Notes: generated by a model not told the origin, from the sequence alone. A stretch of 44,783 nt of DNA from Chloroflexota bacterium (GCA_025935415.1 JAICVI010000003.1:1-44783), one strand, 5' to 3'. Counted from the stretch's first letter, positions 26,265 to 35,852 are shown. Made by a program: numbers and translations.

Positions 26265-28838
26265 GTGACCCAGACCGAAGACCCGAAGGAGCGGACCAGG
26301 ATCGAGCGGTATGACGCCGCCGCGATCGAGCCGCGCTGGCAGGCGCGCTGGGACGAGCTCGGGCTCTACAAGACCGACCTGACCGACACCCGCAAGCGCT
26401 ACTACCTGCTGACGATGTACCCGTACCCGTCGGGCGACCTGCACATCGGCCATTGGTACATCAAGACCCCGACGGACGCGATCGCGCGGTTCCACCGGAT
26501 GCACGGCGAGAACGTCTTCCTGCCGATCGGGTTCGACGCCTTCGGGCTGCCGGCCGAGAACGCGGCCATCAAGAACAAGATCAACCCGCGCGACTGGACG
26601 ATGAAGAACATCGAGAACATGCGCCGCCAGCTGCGGAGCATGGGCGCGACGTTCGACTGGGATTCCGAGGTCGTGACCGCCGACCCCGACTACTACAAGT
26701 GGAACCAGTGGTTCTTCCTGCAGTTTTACAAGGCCGGCCTCGCCTACCGCACGAAGTCCGCGGTCGACTGGTGCCCGAACGACGGGACGCTGGCGCGCGA
26801 GCAGGTCGAAGGCACGGAGCGGCGCTGCTGGCGCTGCGGCGCCAAGGTCGAGAAACGCGACCTGGACCAGTGGTACCTGCGCGTGACGAAGTACGCCGAC
26901 GAGCTGCTCGACTTCAGCGAGATCCGCTTCCCGGATCCGATCCGGATCCAGCAGACGAACTGGATCGGGCGGTCGGAGGGCGCGGAGGTGGTGTTCGAGG
27001 TCGCCCGTGATGGCGGTGGCGAGGACATCCGCGTCTTCACGACCCGGCCGGACACGCTCTTCGGCGCGACGTTCATGGTCCTGGCGCCCGAGCACCCGCT
27101 GGTCGGCTCGCTGACGGCCCCGGAGCGGAAGGCCGAGGTCGAGGCCTACGTCGCCCGAGCCCAGGAGCAGACCGAGATCGAGCGGATGTCGACCGACCGC
27201 GAGAAGACCGGTGTGGCGATCGGTGCCGACGCGATCAACCCGGTCAACGGCGAGCGGATCCCGATCTTCGTCGCGGACTACGTCCTGGGCGGCTACGGGA
27301 CCGGCGCGATCATGGCCGTGCCCGCGCACGACGAGCGCGACTTCGCGTTCGCGAAGCGGTTCGGCCTGCCCATCCGCCAGGTCGTCGCATCTGCGGCGGC
27401 CTCGGCTGCCGGCGCCGCTTCGGGCACCGCGGGCGAGCCCATCGAGGCGGCCTACGTCGCGCACTCCGATGGCGAGGTCCTGGTCAACAGCGGTGAGTAC
27501 TCGGGGCTGCCCGCAGACGAGGGTGGCCGGCGGATCGTCGCCTGGCTGGCGGAGCGCGGGAAGGGCAAGAAGGCGGTGACGTACCGGTTACGCGACTGGC
27601 TGATCAGCCGCCAGCGCTACTGGGGCACGCCCATCCCGATCATCTACTGCGATGTCCACGGGGTCGTGCCGGTGCCGGAGGAAGACCTGCCGGTTCGATT
27701 GCCCGACACGGTCGACTACGCGGGCAGCGGCGTGAACCCGCTGACCCGCGACGAGGCCTTCCTGAACGTCACCTGTCCGATCGGCGGCGAGCCGGCGCGA
27801 CGCGAGACGGACACGATGGACACGTTCATGGACTCGTCCTGGTACTGGTATCGCTACCTGTCGCCGGACAAGCCCGACGGCCCCATCGACCTCGACCTGA
27901 CCGAGGGCTGGACCCCCGTCGAGCAGTACACGGGTGGCGCCGAACACGCGGTCATGCACCTGCTCTATGCGCGCGAGTTCACGAAGATGATTCGCGACCT
28001 CGGGATGATCCAGCAGAACGAGCCGTGGCGGCGCGTGTTCAACCAGGGCCAGATCCTGGGCATGGACGGCGAACGGATGTCCAAGTCGCGGGGCAACACG
28101 CAGGACCCGGACGAGCTCGTCTCGAAGTACGGGGCGGACACCGTTCGCCTGTTCCTGATGTTCATGGGCCCGTGGGACCAGGGCGGGCCGTGGAGCCCGA
28201 CCGGAATCGGTGGCGTGCATCGCTTCCTGAGCCGTGTCTGGGCTCTGGCGCTGGACCCGCACTTCCGCGAGCCGGGTGATCCATCGTCCGGCACGTTGCC
28301 CGACGGGCAGGACGAGGGCACGGCCCGAGCTGCGCTGCGAGCGGCCGCGCACAAGACGCTGCGCGACGTGACGGTCGACTACGAGCACTTCCACTTCAAC
28401 ACGATGGTCGCGAAGCTCATGGAGCTCACGAACACGCTGTTCCGATATCGAGGCTCCCCGATCGCGGGCGGCTCCGAGTGGGACGAAGCCGTCGGGATGC
28501 TGCTGCAGATGCTGGCGCCGGCGGCGCCGCACATCACCGAGGAGCTGTGGGCACGAAGGCTCGCCGCTCGCGGCGAGGAATGGTCATCGATTCACGCGTC
28601 GCGCTGGCCCGAGGTCGATCAGTCGGCGGTCGTCGAGTCGACGCGCGAGATTCCGGTGCAGATCAACGGCAAGGTCCGCGACCGGGTCACGGTGCCGGCG
28701 GACGCCTCCGCGGCCGCGGTCCAGACGGCGGTGCTGGCGTCACCGCGGATCAAGGAGCTGCTCGCGGGACGCACGCCGGACCGGGTCATCCAGGCGGGTG
28801 GCGGAAAGCTCGTCAATCTGGTCGTCCGCGACGGCTGA
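26265..28838 (+). CDS. leuS: Leucine--tRNA ligase
   Basis: MYPYPSGDLHIGH, GFDAFGLPAENAA, FTTRPDT editing domain, DWLISRQRYWGTPIP, RMSKS; AGGAG RBS before GTG 26265. Confidence 0.97.
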   Translation: MTQTEDPKERTRIERYDAAAIEPRWQARWDELGLYKTDLTDTRKRYYLLTMYPYPSGDLHIGHWYIKTPTDAIARFHRMHGENVFLPIGFDAFGLPAENAAIKNKINPRDWTMKNIENMRRQLRSMGATFDWDSEVVTADPDYYKWNQWFFLQFYKAGLAYRTKSAVDWCPNDGTLAREQVEGTERRCWRCGAKVEKRDLDQWYLRVTKYADELLDFSEIRFPDPIRIQQTNWIGRSEGAEVVFEVARDGGGEDIRVFTTRPDTLFGATFMVLAPEHPLVGSLTAPERKAEVEAYVARAQEQTEIERMSTDREKTGVAIGADAINPVNGERIPIFVADYVLGGYGTGAIMAVPAHDERDFAFAKRFGLPIRQVVASAAASAAGAASGTAGEPIEAAYVAHSDGEVLVNSGEYSGLPADEGGRRIVAWLAERGKGKKAVTYRLRDWLISRQRYWGTPIPIIYCDVHGVVPVPEEDLPVRLPDTVDYAGSGVNPLTRDEAFLNVTCPIGGEPARRETDTMDTFMDSSWYWYRYLSPDKPDGPIDLDLTEGWTPVEQYTGGAEHAVMHLLYAREFTKMIRDLGMIQQNEPWRRVFNQGQILGMDGERMSKSRGNTQDPDELVSKYGADTVRLFLMFMGPWDQGGPWSPTGIGGVHRFLSRVWALALDPHFREPGDPSSGTLPDGQDEGTARAALRAAAHKTLRDVTVDYEHFHFNTMVAKLMELTNTLFRYRGSPIAGGSEWDEAVGMLLQMLAPAAPHITEELWARRLAARGEEWSSIHASRWPEVDQSAVVESTREIPVQINGKVRDRVTVPADASAAAVQTAVLASPRIKELLAGRTPDRVIQAGGGKLVNLVVRDG

Positions 28839-29046
28839 GCCCCTGGATGCCCGTGCATTCGATGCAATGTTGCGACCGAACAACGATGGGACGGCGCCGT
28901 CGCTGCGCAGCCCAGGCCGGTCTGATGAGTGATCGGAGCAGCCTGTCGAGGGAAGCAACCGTTGCGTCCCCGAATCGAGCTCCTGCGGAAGGTTCGCGGT
29001 CGCACTCCCGTCCGAAGATTGCATCTGCTGCAAGGCGAGCCAATCG

Positions 29047-29403
29047 ATGAGGTTCGACTCCTGGGACGAGAACCTCGCCTCGCACACGCCCGAGGTGCGG
29101 GCGGCGGCCCGCGCCCTCGAGACGATCATCCGCGATGAGCTGCCCGACGTGGTCGTCCAGTACGACCCCGGCAACGGACTCCTTGCCTTCGGCCGCTCGA
29201 TGAAGATGCGCGACCTGCTCTTTGCGCTGATCCCGCACGCCGGGTGGGTGAACCTCCAGCTCGCCGATGGCGCCGCGCTCCCGAACCCCGATGGGCTCAT
29301 CGAGGGCACGGGCAAGAAGATTCGCCACATCAAGGTGCGGTCTCCGAAGGCCGCGGAGGACGATCGCCTCCGGGCCGCGATCCGAGGCCAGCTGGCTCGC
29401 TAG
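29047..29403 (+). CDS. DUF1801 (YdhG-like) domain protein
   Basis: WVNLQLADGAALPNPDGLIEGTGKKIRHIKV is typical of this family. Confidence 0.75.
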   Translation: MRFDSWDENLASHTPEVRAAARALETIIRDELPDVVVQYDPGNGLLAFGRSMKMRDLLFALIPHAGWVNLQLADGAALPNPDGLIEGTGKKIRHIKVRSPKAAEDDRLRAAIRGQLAR

Positions 29404-29413
29404 CTCCGCGCGG

Positions 29414-30049
29414 CTAGTTCGGGCGCGGGTGCTTCGCCTCGTGCTCCTCGGCTTCCTTGAGGCGGGCGCGGTAGCGCGCCGCCTTCGCCTGGTTGCCGCA
29501 GGAGCGCATGTCGCACCAGCGGCGCCGGCCGGTCGGCGAGGAGTCGAAGAACGCCCACCGGCAACGGTCGTTCGCGCAGACGCGGAGGCGCTCGGGACGC
29601 CCGGTGGCCAGCTCTTCGATGATCGCCTCGGCGATCAGGGCGAGCGCGTCGTCGACGGGCGTCTCGGCGTGGCGGTGGCCGATGCGGAGGGCGGTGCCGT
29701 CGAGCTCGATGCGCGTCGGGCGGCGCTGCTCGAGGACGGCGTTCACGAGGTGGACCGCGTCGGCGTCCGGTGGCCGGCCTTCGACGACCGAGTCGACGAT
29801 CTCGCGCAGCGCGCTGCGGACACGCCGGATCCGCGCGAGGTCAGTGTCGAGGAGCGCGATCCCGGCGTCGGGATGCACGAGCTCGTGCTCGAGGAACCAC
29901 ATCGCGGCGTCCGCTGGACTCTCGAGGTGCTCGTCGCGCAGGTGCTGCTCGTCCGTTCGGCCGTGGCCGGGGTGGAGCGTGTTGAGGAAGTCGAGGGCCG
30001 ACTCCAGATCGATGCCGTGCGAGTGCTCGGCGGGGGAGATGTTGCCCAT
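29414..30049 (-). CDS. CGNR zinc-finger / ABATE domain transcriptional regulator
   Basis: ALDFLNT at the N-terminus; C-terminal CANDRC...FFDSS...RRRWCDMRSCGNQAKAARYRAR. Confidence 0.92.
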   Translation of the reverse strand: MGNISPAEHSHGIDLESALDFLNTLHPGHGRTDEQHLRDEHLESPADAAMWFLEHELVHPDAGIALLDTDLARIRRVRSALREIVDSVVEGRPPDADAVHLVNAVLEQRRPTRIELDGTALRIGHRHAETPVDDALALIAEAIIEELATGRPERLRVCANDRCRWAFFDSSPTGRRRWCDMRSCGNQAKAARYRARLKEAEEHEAKHPRPN

Positions 30050-30076
30050 GTGGTTAGCGTCCCGTTTCCATGTCGA

Positions 30077-30161
30077 TAACCACTCTACAGCGGTTGACAG
30101 GTTACGCGCAAGAGGGTAATGTACACACCGTAACCAATGAAGCCATAGAAACGGGTTACGG
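30077..30161. promoter_or_regulatory. Divergent promoters with two TAACC-N18-GGTTA sites
   Basis: Sites at 30077-30104 and 30131-30158 (the second extends to CCGTAACC...GGTTACGG); plus-strand TTGACA-N17-TAATGT (30094-30122); minus-strand TTGCGC-N18-TAGAGT (30111-30082). Confidence 0.8.
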
Positions 30162-30181
30162 ACCAGGGAAGGAGGCCACCG

Positions 30182-30298
30182 ATGGCGCTCTTGATCGAAA
30201 TCGCTCTGCCGCTTGCGCTGTTCGCGATCCTCGCGATCGCCGCCATGTCGTGGGGCGCCGATTCCCGTCCGAGCCTGGGCGACGACCACGCCCGGTAG
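30182..30298 (+). CDS. 38-aa single-TM small protein with WGADSR motif
   Basis: Not in the ORF track. GGAAGGAGG RBS; MALLIEIALPLALFAILAIAAMSWGADSRPSLGDDHAR; directly downstream of a near-consensus promoter. Confidence 0.75.
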   Translation: MALLIEIALPLALFAILAIAAMSWGADSRPSLGDDHAR

Positions 30299-30311
30299 GA
30301 GACCCGACCAC

Positions 30312-30563
30312 ATGCAGCACCAGAACACGGAGTTTCTTCCCATGCACGCATTCGCGCCGTACCTTCTCGCAATCCATCAGCGAGACCTGCTCCAGGAGGC
30401 CGAGAGCACGCGGCGAGCGCGCCTCGCGGCGGCCGCCCAGCGCGGCGTCCCGGCTTGGCGCCGGGGCCTCGGCGGATTCCTCGCCCTTGCCGCCCGATCA
30501 GTCGATCCGACCATCGGCGAGCGCCAGGGGAAGGGCCGCGGCGCACGAGCCATGGCTGCCTAG
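30312..30563 (+). CDS. Small helical hypothetical protein (73-83 aa)
   Basis: AGGAG RBS overlapping the previous stop (alternative ATG 30342 after GGAG); HQRDLLQEAESTRRARLA...WRRGLGGFL. Confidence 0.65.
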   Translation: MQHQNTEFLPMHAFAPYLLAIHQRDLLQEAESTRRARLAAAAQRGVPAWRRGLGGFLALAARSVDPTIGERQGKGRGARAMAA

Positions 30564-30630
30564 CCTCCCGGCATGACAACCGAACACGAGGGCTCACCCG
30601 CTCCTCCAGGCGGGCGCGATGCCGCCGCCT

Positions 30631-30673
30631 GAGGCCCCGATCACTCGACACCGTCGATGACGATCGGGGCTTC
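30631..30673 (+). terminator. Hairpin after the small-protein pair
   Basis: GAGGCCCCGATC...GATCGGGGCTTC stem followed by pyrimidine-rich sequence. Confidence 0.5.
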
Positions 30674-30706
30674 TCGATTCCCCTTCTGGTGCGTTCCCGC
30701 CGGTCA

Positions 30707-30724
30707 GATAAGCCGCAGATAAGC
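30707..30724 (+). promoter_or_regulatory. GATAAGC direct repeat x2 at 11-bp spacing upstream of comEA
   Basis: CAGATAAGC-CG-CAGATAAGC; same heptamer, period and gene-relative orientation as at 6022-6039. Confidence 0.45.
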
Positions 30725-30949
30725 GGGCGCCGGTAGGTTTCGCATCGACGCCTCGACCGACGAAGTGCCCCGACGGCCGAGGCGTTCACTTTCCGGCCCG
30801 CCGAGTCGCCCGCCGCCACCCCGTCGAGCAGCTGGACGAGCCGCCCGCCGAACCATCCCGCTGTACCTCGTGAGCCCCCGCCCGCCGGCAACGAACCGAG
30901 CCCGCAGCAGTCGCCGGATCCCGCCCGTAGCCGCCGGATCGAGGCAGCC

Positions 30950-31735
30950 ATGGAGCAATCGACGCCAGCGTGGCGCGTCTTCGACGACCCTGCGGCGAGC
31001 GGCGCCGCCGGTGCCCCGCCGGGGCAGGCCGGGGTGCCCGGCGATCAGACCCTGGGCCCGGTCGCGCTCGCGTCCCCGAATGTCCTGCTCGCGCTGGCGG
31101 CACTCGTGGGCGCCGTGTTGATCGGCGGCGTCGCGTTCGCCCTGGCGATCAGTGGGTCCGGAGACGGCGCCGTCCTCGGGCCGCCCACCCAGACAGCGGC
31201 CGGGCCAGTGGAGAGTGCTGCGACGCCGGCCGCTGGGGAGCTCGTGGTCGATGTGGGCGGCGCGGTCGCACAGCCGGGCCTGTACCACCTGCCTGCGGGA
31301 TCGCGGGTCGGTGACGCGGTCGACGCCGCGGGCGGATTTGGTCCCCGCGTGGACGTGGGTCGCGTCGGGCGGGAGCTCAATCTCGCCGCGGCGCTGACGG
31401 ACGGGCAGCAGATCCGGGTGGCGTCGCGGGACGATCCGCCACCAGCGGCGGGCGGCAGCGGAGCCGGGAACGGCAATGGCGCGGGCACCGGTGGCTCCGG
31501 GACGAGCGGATCCGGCGGTCAGATCGGGTCTGGACCCGGCGGCGGGCTGGTCGACCTGAACACCGCGACGCAGTCGGAGCTGGAGGCGCTGCCAGGGATC
31601 GGGCCAGTGACCGCCACGAAGATCATCGCCGCCCGGGAGTCGGCGCCCTTCAAGGCGGTCGAAGACCTTCGCGAGCGCGGCCTCGTGGGCGAGAAGACCT
31701 TCGGGGACCTCAAGGCGCTCGTCACGGTCGACTGA
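30950..31735 (+). CDS. comEA: Competence DNA receptor ComEA
   Basis: TM; SLBB (VVDVGGAVAQPGLYHLPAGSRVGDAVDAAGG, LNLAAALTDGQQI); HhH (VDLNTAT...LPGIGP); precedes comEC. Confidence 0.93.
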   Translation: MEQSTPAWRVFDDPAASGAAGAPPGQAGVPGDQTLGPVALASPNVLLALAALVGAVLIGGVAFALAISGSGDGAVLGPPTQTAAGPVESAATPAAGELVVDVGGAVAQPGLYHLPAGSRVGDAVDAAGGFGPRVDVGRVGRELNLAAALTDGQQIRVASRDDPPPAAGGSGAGNGNGAGTGGSGTSGSGGQIGSGPGGGLVDLNTATQSELEALPGIGPVTATKIIAARESAPFKAVEDLRERGLVGEKTFGDLKALVTVD

Positions 31736-31738
31736 GCC

Positions 31739-34700
31739 ATGCCTCGACCAGCCTGGCTGGCAATCGGGGCCACGGCCGCGAGCCTCCTCCTCGGGGTCCT
31801 GCCGGAGGGCGTCGTGCTGCTCGGTGGCCCCATGCTGCTGCTTGTCGCAGTCGCGGCGCGTGCGGCGGGTCGCCCGGCGCTCGCGCGGCGAGCCGGCGTG
31901 CTCGCGCTGGGCATCCTCGCGATCAGCCTGCGAGCCGCGGCGGCGGGTACGCCGGTCGCTCCGTCAGGAGCGGTCCCGACGGGCGATGGGCCCTGGAGCG
32001 GCGCCGTCGAGACAGTCGGCTCACCACGTGATGGGACGCGTCCCGCGACGCTGCTGCTCGAGGTCGAGGGCGGCGTGGCCGTGCGAGTTGCGGCGACGTT
32101 GCCCTGGTATCCCGCCATCGTCCCCGGCGACCGGATCGAGGTCGCCGGGCGGATCCGGCCGCCGCCGCAAGACGACTATGGCGACTACCTCGCCAAGATC
32201 GGGGCGGTCGGCACGCTCCGCGCGGACACCCTGGACCTGCTGCCCCCCAGCGGCTCGCTCGATCGACCCCTGGAGGGCTTCCGCCGCGCCGCGGCGGCCG
32301 GCCTCGACCGGTCCATGCCGGAGCCGGAGTCAGGGCTCGCGGCGGGCGTGCTGATCGGGCTGCGCGATCGTGTCGACCGCGACCTCGCCAATGCCTTCAC
32401 GATCGCCGGCGCGAGCCACGTCGTCGCGATCTCCGGCTGGAACATCGCGATCGTCGCGTCGACCCTCGGAGCGCTCGCCGGCGGGCTGCGCCGGCGCCGG
32501 CGCGCGATCCTCACCGCGCTCGCGATCATCGTCTACGTCGCGTTCGTGGGGCCGTCGCCGTCCGTCGTTCGTGCCGGCGTGATGGCGGGTGTCGCGCTGC
32601 TCGCCCGCGAGCTCGGGCGGCCGGGAACCGCGGCCGCCGCGCTCGGCTGGGCGGTCACGCTGCTCCTGCTGCTCGACCCGGCCTGGGTCTCCGACGCCGG
32701 CTTTCGCCTGTCGGTCCTGGCCACCGCCGGCATCATCGCGTGGGGCACGGGTCTCACCGAGCGGCTGGCCGGCGCGAGGCCTTCGCGGCCGCGTCGATGG
32801 GTTGCGGAGATCCTCGGCGTGTCGTTCGCGGCACAGGCGGCCACGATGCCGGTCGTGCTGTCGATGTTCGGGCGGCTGTCGCTCGTGGCGCCGGCCGTGA
32901 ACCTGCTCGTCGTGCCGCTGGTTCCGCCCGCAATGGCCGCCGGGGCGTTGTCAATGGTCGTGGGAATGCTCGCGGCCGCCGGCGTCCCGCCCGTCGTGGC
33001 CACGGTGGTCGGGCTGCCCGCGTGGGTCCTGTACGCGGCGATGGTCGCCACGGTCCGTATCGGCGCCGGGCTGCCGCTCGCCAGCCTCGAGCTCGTCCCG
33101 CCGTGGGACACGATCGCCGCGGTCGTCTCCCTCGGCCTCATCGTCGCGGGCGCGCGGTGGGGCGATGCTTGGCTTGTGCGGGTACGTGGGCTTCGCGCCG
33201 TCGCGGGCTCGTCCGCAGCCTCACGCGACGGCCCGCGTGTGGCTGCGGACAGCAGCCCTGCGCGAGCCGGCAAAGGTCGCGCGCCGAGGCCGGCTCGCGC
33301 CGTCCGCATCGCCGCGGCTGGCCTCGCGATGGCGATTGCCGGGCTCGCCCTCGTGCTCGTGCATCGGCCGGACGGCCTCACGCGCGTCGTGGTGCTCGAT
33401 GTCGGGCAGGGCGACGGAATCCTGGTGGAGGGCAGTCGCGGCGGCCGTCTCGTGGTCGACGGAGGCCCCGATCCCTCAAGGCTCCTGTTGGCGTTGGACG
33501 AGCGACTGCCGCCGTGGGACCGCCGCATCGATGTGCTCATCCTCAGCCATCCCCACGAGGATCACGTCGCCGGGCTCGGCCTGCTCCTCGAGCGCTACCG
33601 GGTGGGGCGGGTCTACGAGCCCGGCATGATCGGTCCCGGTCCGGGCTACGAGCAATGGGCAAAGGACCTCGCCGCGCTCGGCACGCCGCACGGGCGCCTC
33701 CAGACGGGCGATCGACTGACGCTTGACACGATCCACTTTCGCGTCCTCTGGCCGGACGCCGCCAGGGTGCCCGAGCACCCGCCGGATGGCGGCACCTCGA
33801 TCAACAACGTCTCGATCGTCCTGCTGGGCGAGGTGGGGTCGCAGCGCTTCCTGCTCATGGGCGACGTCGAGGAGGGCGTCGACCCGGAGCTGCTGGCGCG
33901 AGGGATTCCGAGCGTGGACATGCTCAAGGTCGCGCACCACGGCTCCAGGACCGCCTCCACGGAACCGTTCCTGGAGGCGGCGCGACCCAAGGTCGCCGTG
34001 GTCTCCGCCGGCGCCGGGAACCCGTACGGCCATCCGGCGCCCTCCACGATCCAGCGCCTCGCCGCGATCGCCGGCAGGACGTACCGAACCGACACGAACG
34101 GCACGGTCGAGGTGACCTTCACGGGCCAGACGCTCCGGGTCTCGACCAGCGGGCCGCGAGCGCTGCCGACGCAGAGGGCGACAGCGGGTCGGGCTGCGAC
34201 GCCCGGCGTGCCTGGCGGTCCGCCCGTGTTCGGCGCGCCTGGCGCGGCTGGGGGGTCGGCCGCGCGGGCCGGGCCGGTCCAGCTCGTCGCGACCCCGGCG
34301 CCGGCGCTGGCCTTCCTGTGCGGCGTTCCGCCGCCGGCCGACCACCTCGGCCCGATCCTGCCGCCGGAGGCGCCCGAAGCGGCGCCGGAGCCCCACGTCG
34401 CGTTCGGCGCGGTGGCGTCCGAGGCGGCCGGCCGGGGTTTACCGAGGCTGGGCCGGATTCCGGTTCTGGCGGGCGGGGGCGGGAGCGGGCACGTGATCGC
34501 CCTCGCCTACCATCGGTTGGATGTCGATGGAGCGGGCCGCGCCGATCTCGCAGGGCCGCGGGAGCGCTCCCCTCGCCTACGTCTGGGGCGACGACGCGTT
34601 CGGGCTCGAGGCGGCGGTGGAGGCGTTTCGAAAGGACCCCGCGCGCTTCCCGGGTGGGCCGCCGGATCGCTGGCGGCCGGAGGAGCGAGCCGAGTCAGGC

Positions 34701-35176
34701 CGCCTCCTGGGCGAGATTCGCGAGCGACTCGGAACGGGCACGATGTTCGGCGCCGGCAGCGTCGCGATCGTCTCCGGAATCGGCGCGCTGGTCCGCAGCA
34801 CGGCCGGGAGGGATGCACTCGCGGCGATTCTCGCAACCGTGGCGCCGGGCAACGGGCTGGCGATCGTCGAGGAGACCGAGTCGACCGCGCGCGAGGCACC
34901 GAGCAAGGTCGCCGCGGAGGCGATCCGTGCCGCGGGGGGCCTCGTCCAGCAGGTCAAGGCGCCACTGCAGGGAGCGCTGTCGGCCTGGATCGACTCGCGG
35001 GCCCGAGAGCGCGGGATCAAGCTCGGTCCAGGCGCGGCCCAGGAGCTGGCGACGCGGATCGGCGGTTTCATCCGCGAGGGCGACGTCGAGCGCCAGCAGC
35101 AGGGCCGTATCGCCGTGATGGAGCTCGAGAAGCTGGCCCTGCGGCACGCCGACGGTGGCCCGATCACCACCGATGA
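31739..35176 (+). CDS. comEC: ComEC/Rec2 DNA uptake channel with metallo-beta-lactamase domain; long non-homologous tail overlapping holA
   Basis: GASHVVAISGWN, SPSVVRAGVM, GFRLS, LDVGQGD, SHPHEDH, KVAHHGS, NPYGHP, YRTD. Recognisable homology ends near 34150 but the first stop is at 35176. Confidence 0.88.
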   Translation: MPRPAWLAIGATAASLLLGVLPEGVVLLGGPMLLLVAVAARAAGRPALARRAGVLALGILAISLRAAAAGTPVAPSGAVPTGDGPWSGAVETVGSPRDGTRPATLLLEVEGGVAVRVAATLPWYPAIVPGDRIEVAGRIRPPPQDDYGDYLAKIGAVGTLRADTLDLLPPSGSLDRPLEGFRRAAAAGLDRSMPEPESGLAAGVLIGLRDRVDRDLANAFTIAGASHVVAISGWNIAIVASTLGALAGGLRRRRRAILTALAIIVYVAFVGPSPSVVRAGVMAGVALLARELGRPGTAAAALGWAVTLLLLLDPAWVSDAGFRLSVLATAGIIAWGTGLTERLAGARPSRPRRWVAEILGVSFAAQAATMPVVLSMFGRLSLVAPAVNLLVVPLVPPAMAAGALSMVVGMLAAAGVPPVVATVVGLPAWVLYAAMVATVRIGAGLPLASLELVPPWDTIAAVVSLGLIVAGARWGDAWLVRVRGLRAVAGSSAASRDGPRVAADSSPARAGKGRAPRPARAVRIAAAGLAMAIAGLALVLVHRPDGLTRVVVLDVGQGDGILVEGSRGGRLVVDGGPDPSRLLLALDERLPPWDRRIDVLILSHPHEDHVAGLGLLLERYRVGRVYEPGMIGPGPGYEQWAKDLAALGTPHGRLQTGDRLTLDTIHFRVLWPDAARVPEHPPDGGTSINNVSIVLLGEVGSQRFLLMGDVEEGVDPELLARGIPSVDMLKVAHHGSRTASTEPFLEAARPKVAVVSAGAGNPYGHPAPSTIQRLAAIAGRTYRTDTNGTVEVTFTGQTLRVSTSGPRALPTQRATAGRAATPGVPGGPPVFGAPGAAGGSAARAGPVQLVATPAPALAFLCGVPPPADHLGPILPPEAPEAAPEPHVAFGAVASEAAGRGLPRLGRIPVLAGGGGSGHVIALAYHRLDVDGAGRADLAGPRERSPRLRLGRRRVRARGGGGGVSKGPRALPGWAAGSLAAGGASRVRPPPGRDSRATRNGHDVRRRQRRDRLRNRRAGPQHGREGCTRGDSRNRGAGQRAGDRRGDRVDRARGTEQGRRGGDPCRGGPRPAGQGATAGSAVGLDRLAGPRARDQARSRRGPGAGDADRRFHPRGRRRAPAAGPYRRDGAREAGPAARRRWPDHHR

Positions 35177-35597
35177 CGTTCGAGCGCTCGTCTCCGAGGC
35201 CGTCCCGGGGTCCGTCTGGTCGTTCGTCGACGCGGTCGGGATGCGCCAGCGTGCTCGCGCACTGGAGCTCCTCGAGCGGCTGATCGAGGACAAGCCCGCC
35301 CCGGTGCTCCTCGCCGTTCTGCATCGACGGATCCGCGAGCTGATCGAGGTCCACGACCGACTGGAGCGCGGCGAGATGCCTGGCTCCCTCGTCCGGTCGA
35401 TGCGGCTCGTGCCGTTTCGCGCGGAGACGCTCGCGCGTCAGGCCAAGGGCTGGTCGGCCGCGGAGCTCGATGGCGCGCTGGAGGGGCTCGTGGACCTCGA
35501 CGCGCAGGTGAAGGGCGTCGGCGGAAGGCGCTCGACGGACGCGCGCGATCGCCTGGCCTTCGATCTCTGGATCACGGATCGCGTCGCGCCCACCTGA
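34521..35597 (+). CDS. holA: DNA polymerase III delta subunit
   Basis: LAYVWGDD N-terminus, AWIDSRARERGIKL, MELEKLAL, VWSFVDAV, LVDLDAQVKG; usual comEA-comEC-holA synteny. Confidence 0.85.
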   Translation: MSMERAAPISQGRGSAPLAYVWGDDAFGLEAAVEAFRKDPARFPGGPPDRWRPEERAESGRLLGEIRERLGTGTMFGAGSVAIVSGIGALVRSTAGRDALAAILATVAPGNGLAIVEETESTAREAPSKVAAEAIRAAGGLVQQVKAPLQGALSAWIDSRARERGIKLGPGAAQELATRIGGFIREGDVERQQQGRIAVMELEKLALRHADGGPITTDDVRALVSEAVPGSVWSFVDAVGMRQRARALELLERLIEDKPAPVLLAVLHRRIRELIEVHDRLERGEMPGSLVRSMRLVPFRAETLARQAKGWSAAELDGALEGLVDLDAQVKGVGGRRSTDARDRLAFDLWITDRVAPT

Positions 35598-35603
35598 CGC
35601 GCG

Positions 35604-35852
35604 CTACGTGGACCAGGCGCGCTCCTGGAGGACGACGTCGCTCTCGATCGCGAACGTGCACCGGCCGCTCCCGAGATCGAGCAGCTCGATGAGGTCGGGA
35701 TCGATGTAGAGCTGGTGGCAATCGGCACACAGCCCCCCGGGGATGCCGAAGCAGAGCCGCTCGCTCTGGTCGGGCAGCCGGAAGGTCGCATCGAACCGGG
35801 TGCTGATCAGCAGCCGGGTGCATGCGGGGCAGCGGTCGCGGCCGGTTGACAT
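35604..35852 (-). CDS. Small zinc-ribbon protein (YgiT/MqsA-N-like)
   Basis: CPAC...IPGGLCADCHQLYID pattern, 82 aa, fills the gap between holA and rsfS. Confidence 0.6.
   Translation of the reverse strand: MSTGRDRCPACTRLLISTRFDATFRLPDQSERLCFGIPGGLCADCHQLYIDPDLIELLDLGSGRCTFAIESDVVLQERAWST

Noticed and set aside
28920-29046. Hammerhead ribozyme (CTGATGAG) or small ORF after leuS
   Set aside because: No GAAA core or supporting stems follow; the ORFs have no RBS or recognisable motif.
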